From an uncultured Deinococcales bacterium (lineage in GTDB: Bacteria > Deinococcota > Deinococci > Deinococcales > JAAFIG01): DNA of 18,764 nucleotides. Under the pieces are notes generated by a model. It saw nothing but the letters and a program-made list of their open reading frames with translations, did no database searches and had not been told where the DNA came from. Where the stretch lies: contig CAXTKV010000014.1 in the NCBI GenBank assembly GCA_964244895.1, positions 1 to 18,764 on the forward strand. The letters run 5' to 3'. Positions 15,425 to 18,764 of this stretch are shown here, one piece after another (the stretch's first letter is position 1; every line of letters begins with the position of its first letter). The position numbers and the translations under genes are program-made.

Positions 15425-17596
15425 TCAGGGCGCACGCTCGAGCAAGGTCGCGCCGATCAGCGTCGGGTTGGACTGCAAGCCCTCGCTCGAGAGGGTGATG
15501 GTCTGGATCGGTTTGGTCGGGTTCGGGTTCGTCCAGACCCAGGCGGTCAATCCCACGTCCAGACCATCTTTGGTCTTGCCGCGCCACGCCTGGTCGTAGA
15601 CGATGGTTTTGGGCGTCACGTCCGTCCAGCCGGTGATGTTGCGCCCGTACTCCAAAGGCACAATCAGGCTGGTGTTGTCGCTGTACTGGATCGTGTACGC
15701 GCCGATTCTGGTGCGCGGGCTCGTGATGGCGCTCGTCCAGCCGGTCGTGTGCAGGAAGGCGATGGCGGCGGCCTTCGCGCCGATCTCGAGGGTGGCGCTG
15801 GCGGGCAGATCCTGAGCGGCGGGTCGCGCGCCTTTGAGCATGATCGCGCCCGAAACGTGAAAGCTGTACGCGCCGAGCTTCTGTGCCCCAGTCGGCAGGC
15901 TGGACAGGTCGATTCCCGCACCTTTCTGAATCCATTGCGTCTCGTCAATGTCGGTCAGTTGGCGCGTCACCAGAGATGTCAGATCGAGCATCGCGCCGGG
16001 AATGCCGGTGAAGCTGACGGGTTTGTTGGCGTCGCGAAAGAAGCTGGCGTTCTCGCCGTTCCCGATCGGTGCGTCCGGGTTCCAGAAGCTCGCGCCCGCG
16101 TTGACGTAGGCCAGTCCCTGTTCGGTCTGCCCGTCAAAGATGGCGGTGTTACCGAAGTAGCCCGTCCAGCGCGTCTGCACCGCCCCGAGCGCGCGTTCCT
16201 GCACGACTGCCTTCGCCATCGCTTCCGGGTTCTGGGGCGCGAACCACGACGCGCCCAACGTTTGAAATCCGGCGTCCCTGGCGAGCCTGAAGGTTTCGTA
16301 CTGGCTGGCGGCGGCGTAATGCCAGTTGACGATCACGATGTCTTTGGGCAGGTTGGGCAGGATCTTGTCGCGGTGCGCTTCACTCAGCACCATGTCGTGC
16401 CAGATCATCGTGCCGACGTTCAGGGTTTTCAGGTAATCGTGCAGGCGCGTGGCGTGATCCACGATCAGTTTCTCGAGCCCAATCACCTTGCCGTTGTCGC
16501 GTCCAGGAAACGCACCGCGATCCTGCGCGGCCACTTCATCGTGACCGATGTGGACGTATTTGGGCTTGAAGACATCCACGATTTCTTTCAGGACAGGCAG
16601 GATGATCTCGTAGACGCGCGGGTTCAACGTGTCGTACGCGTAAGGGTCGCGGGCGGCGGGGTCCTGCACCAGGTCGCGGTTCTGGTTGTTGTAAAAAAGC
16701 CATTGCGCGTGACCGGGCGTTTCCAGCAGCGGGATGGCTTCCATGCCGTTGGTGCGGATCAGTTCCGCCACGCGTCGCGCCTCGAGCTTCGATGCGCCTT
16801 GCGGGTGCCAGATGTTTTTGGTGGTGTCCCACTGCACGTAATCGCACATCACCAGCACCTGTGAAAATTTCAGTTTGGCCAGAACCGGAATCAGCACATC
16901 GTTGACGGGCTTGGAGTTCGAGTCCAGGTAGATCATGGCGACCCGCATGGACAGCGTCGGCGCATCGCGGATGGCCGCGAACCTGAAGCCCTGCGGCGTC
17001 AAGAGTTGCCGCAGGGTCTGCACGCCCCGGTACGCGCCCTTGGCGTCGAAACCCACGATGGCCGCGCCGTTCGCGTCCACCCACAGCCCGTAACCTTCTG
17101 ATTTATCCGGCGTCAGGTTGCGCGATTTGGCCTGCGCCGCCAGTTCCGCGTTCTCGAGCGTGCCGATGCGGATTTGTTTTGTCGTAGTCCCAATCTCGAG
17201 CGTGCGCACCAACCGCGATCTGGCCTCGAGACTCAGATCCCGAGCCGCCCACGTCAGTTCTTCCTGCGTGCCGTCCAGCTTGATGCTCAGTCCGTCCAGC
17301 GCGAGCGTCCCGTCGCTGAGGCTGATTTCCCTGGGTCGCGGAATCAGGTTCGTCACCGGGGCAGCCTGCAACGCGTTTGGCGTCGGAATCAACGGCAACG
17401 GCGCAGCCGATGCGCCAGAGAAGGACGCCGCGAGCCACAAGCCGCAAGTAGCCACGAGCCGCGAGCCGCAAGCCGCAGGGAAGACCGTCCCAGACGGCGT
17501 TTTTTGGGTTCTAGGAACGGCGTCCAGAACGGTCTTCTGGCTCGAGCCGAAGCGTCGTGAACGGTCTTTCCTCGAGCCGACTGCATTGAATCGCAT
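15425..17596 (-). CDS. Glycoside hydrolase family 20 (beta-N-acetylhexosaminidase-like), exported, with a C-terminal beta-sandwich-like extension
   Basis: GH20b domain (LIPRP, SEGYGL, GAYRGVQTLRQL, IRDAP..R); catalytic domain IPLLETPGH and HIGHDE (Asp-Glu pair), MIWHDM, VNWHY. The start is uncertain because the N-terminal ~55 aa run through repeats. Confidence 0.88.
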   Translation of the reverse strand: MRFNAVGSRKDRSRRFGSSQKTVLDAVPRTQKTPSGTVFPAACGSRLVATCGLWLAASFSGASAAPLPLIPTPNALQAAPVTNLIPRPREISLSDGTLALDGLSIKLDGTQEELTWAARDLSLEARSRLVRTLEIGTTTKQIRIGTLENAELAAQAKSRNLTPDKSEGYGLWVDANGAAIVGFDAKGAYRGVQTLRQLLTPQGFRFAAIRDAPTLSMRVAMIYLDSNSKPVNDVLIPVLAKLKFSQVLVMCDYVQWDTTKNIWHPQGASKLEARRVAELIRTNGMEAIPLLETPGHAQWLFYNNQNRDLVQDPAARDPYAYDTLNPRVYEIILPVLKEIVDVFKPKYVHIGHDEVAAQDRGAFPGRDNGKVIGLEKLIVDHATRLHDYLKTLNVGTMIWHDMVLSEAHRDKILPNLPKDIVIVNWHYAAASQYETFRLARDAGFQTLGASWFAPQNPEAMAKAVVQERALGAVQTRWTGYFGNTAIFDGQTEQGLAYVNAGASFWNPDAPIGNGENASFFRDANKPVSFTGIPGAMLDLTSLVTRQLTDIDETQWIQKGAGIDLSSLPTGAQKLGAYSFHVSGAIMLKGARPAAQDLPASATLEIGAKAAAIAFLHTTGWTSAITSPRTRIGAYTIQYSDNTSLIVPLEYGRNITGWTDVTPKTIVYDQAWRGKTKDGLDVGLTAWVWTNPNPTKPIQTITLSSEGLQSNPTLIGATLLERAP
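17430..17477 (+). repeat. Heptamer tandem tract RCRAGCC
   Basis: GCGAGCC ACAAGCC GCAAGTA GCC ACGAGCC GCGAGCC GCAAGCC GCA. Confidence 0.75.
17481..17580. repeat. Cluster of degenerate ACCGTCC-family palindromes with CTCGAGCCGA direct repeats
   Basis: AAGACCGTCCCAGACGGCGTT, AACGGCGTCCAGAACGGTCTT and CGTCGTGAACGGTCTTT; CTCGAGCCGA at 17541 and 17571. Confidence 0.7.
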
Positions 17597-17644
17597 ACCT
17601 TGAGTGTTCCCGACAACCGTATGTGTTCGATGTGCAAAACCGCA

Positions 17645-17671
17645 TCGAGGGACGCGTCGTGCGTCCCTCGA
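17645..17671. other. 11-bp perfect hairpin downstream of the substrate-binding protein gene (mRNA stabiliser or attenuator candidate)
   Basis: TCGAGGGACGC-GTCGT-GCGTCCCTCGA, with no U-tract. Confidence 0.6.
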
Positions 17672-17687
17672 GCCTCAGCCTCGCTTT

Positions 17688-17715
17688 TGCTTGCGGCCTA
17701 TGGCTTGCGGCTTGC
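17688..17715 (-). repeat. Heptamer tandem tract, inverted relative to 17430-17477
   Basis: Minus strand reads GCAAGCC GCAAGCC ATAGGCC GCAAGCA. Confidence 0.72.
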
Positions 17716-17723
17716 AACCCTCA

Positions 17724-18764
17724 CTACAGATTCGCATTCCAGACTTTCACGATGTCATCGAGCGCCTGCTTGGCGGTTTTCTGACCGTAGATGGCGGCTT
17801 CGATGTTGTCCTTGAAGGACTTGTTGAGCTCCGACGCGTTCGGCACGGGCACGGTCAGGTCGCGCCCGTTGCGCATGGTCTTGGCGGCGGCGGCCCGAGC
17901 CTTGTCGTTGACGCTTTCCCCGCCGCTCGAGAGGAACGGGTCGCGCGCGGCCTTGATGGTCGTCGGGAAGGTCGTGCCGGTGCGCTTGGAAAACGCGAGT
18001 TGCTGCTCGTCGTTGGTCAGCCAGGCGGCCAGCGCGGCGGCGGCCTTCGGATCCTTGACGCCCTTGGGCACGGCGTAGGCGAAGGTGCTGGCGTTGACGA
18101 CCTGTCCGGCGCTCAACGGGTGCGGCGCGACTTTGGTGAGCTTCCAGACGGCGTTGTTGTCTTTTTCGAGGCGCGGCATGAACTGCGGCCCGATCACGAT
18201 GATGCCCAATTTCCCGGCGCTGTACAGCTCGTAGGCGGCGGTGAAGCCGCGCCGCATGACGTCCTCGGGGAAGTAATCTTTTTTGCGCAAATCCACGTAT
18301 TGCTGCAGCAGCGCCACGTAAGCGGGGCCGTTGAAGATCGCCTTGTCGCGTTTGTCGTTCAACAAGGGCAAGCCCTGCTCCAGGAAGACCTTCTGGAAGT
18401 CCACGTTGGCGATCAACGGTGCGAAACCGTAGACGCCCGCCTTGTCCTTGATGGTTTTGGCCCAGGCGATGATGCCCGCCATCGTGCGCGGCGGCGCGTC
18501 GGCGTCCAGTCCGGCCTTCTGCAAGATTTCCGTGTTGAACGCGACGATCCGCGTGCTGGCGTAATCCGGCAGGCCGTAGAGTTTGCCGTCGAAGGTGAAC
18601 GCGCCCAGCGCGGACTTCTGGTACAGCGCGATCGTTTTGGCGTCCAGAAGGTCGTTCAAGGGCAAGAGCGCGCCCTGCTGTGAGAGTTCCAGAATCTGCG
18701 TGGAGTTCATCTGCGCCGTGTCCGGCGGGTTGCCCGCCGCCACGCCCGCCAGCACCTTCTGCTG
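17724..18764 (-). CDS. Sugar ABC transporter substrate-binding protein (SBP_bac_1 type), 5' end beyond the window
   Basis: AAGNPPD, QGALLPL, DGKLYGLP, FNTEILQKAGL..PP.T and C-terminal G..TAKQALDD motifs. The frame is open to the window edge. Confidence 0.92.
   Translation of the reverse strand, partial: QQKVLAGVAAGNPPDTAQMNSTQILELSQQGALLPLNDLLDAKTIALYQKSALGAFTFDGKLYGLPDYASTRIVAFNTEILQKAGLDADAPPRTMAGIIAWAKTIKDKAGVYGFAPLIANVDFQKVFLEQGLPLLNDKRDKAIFNGPAYVALLQQYVDLRKKDYFPEDVMRRGFTAAYELYSAGKLGIIVIGPQFMPRLEKDNNAVWKLTKVAPHPLSAGQVVNASTFAYAVPKGVKDPKAAAALAAWLTNDEQQLAFSKRTGTTFPTTIKAARDPFLSSGGESVNDKARAAAAKTMRNGRDLTVPVPNASELNKSFKDNIEAAIYGQKTAKQALDDIVKVWNANL

Noticed and set aside
15149..16864. 571-aa plus-strand ORF (also 12941-14248, 17604-18683, 1627-2571, 11039-12043, 4927-5964 and similar)
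   Set aside because: Antisense or alternate-frame shadows of well-supported genes in GC-rich DNA, with no recognisable motifs.
5384..17580. CRISPR array interpretation of the recurring palindromic repeat
   Set aside because: Copies are dispersed and inverted, not tandem direct repeats with uniform spacers, and there are no cas genes.

Overview
GC-rich bacterial chromosomal window, most consistent with Deinococcota. That assignment is an inference from TANNNT -10 boxes 6-7 nt before start codons and from the DUF4388 and CAP gene content. The left part is the end of a surface/exopolysaccharide region: a GT4 glycosyltransferase, a Pro-rich lipoprotein with two Ig-like repeats and a beta-helix-type domain, and a Wzc-like co-polymerase/tyrosine kinase. 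The middle holds a minus-strand run (thrB, DUF4388, ECF sigma, anti-sigma, RseB/MucB-like), a PKD+CAP secreted protein, a second oppositely oriented beta-helix paralog and two small membrane proteins. The right part is a carbohydrate ABC operon (truncated substrate-binding protein, GH20 hexosaminidase, two permeases). The most unusual signals are non-coding. (i) CTCGAG is about 10-fold over-represented (about 65 copies by hand count). (ii) A palindromic repeat family (core ACACCGTCCAGCACG / ACCGTCCWGGACGGT) occupies 8 loci, often abutting CTCGAG. (iii) A GTAG-type REP doublet and inverted heptamer tracts lie inside the ABC operon. (iv) Each repeat-filled spacer of that operon is largely covered by an open reading frame. 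No CRISPR array, rRNA, tRNA or transposase is visible.
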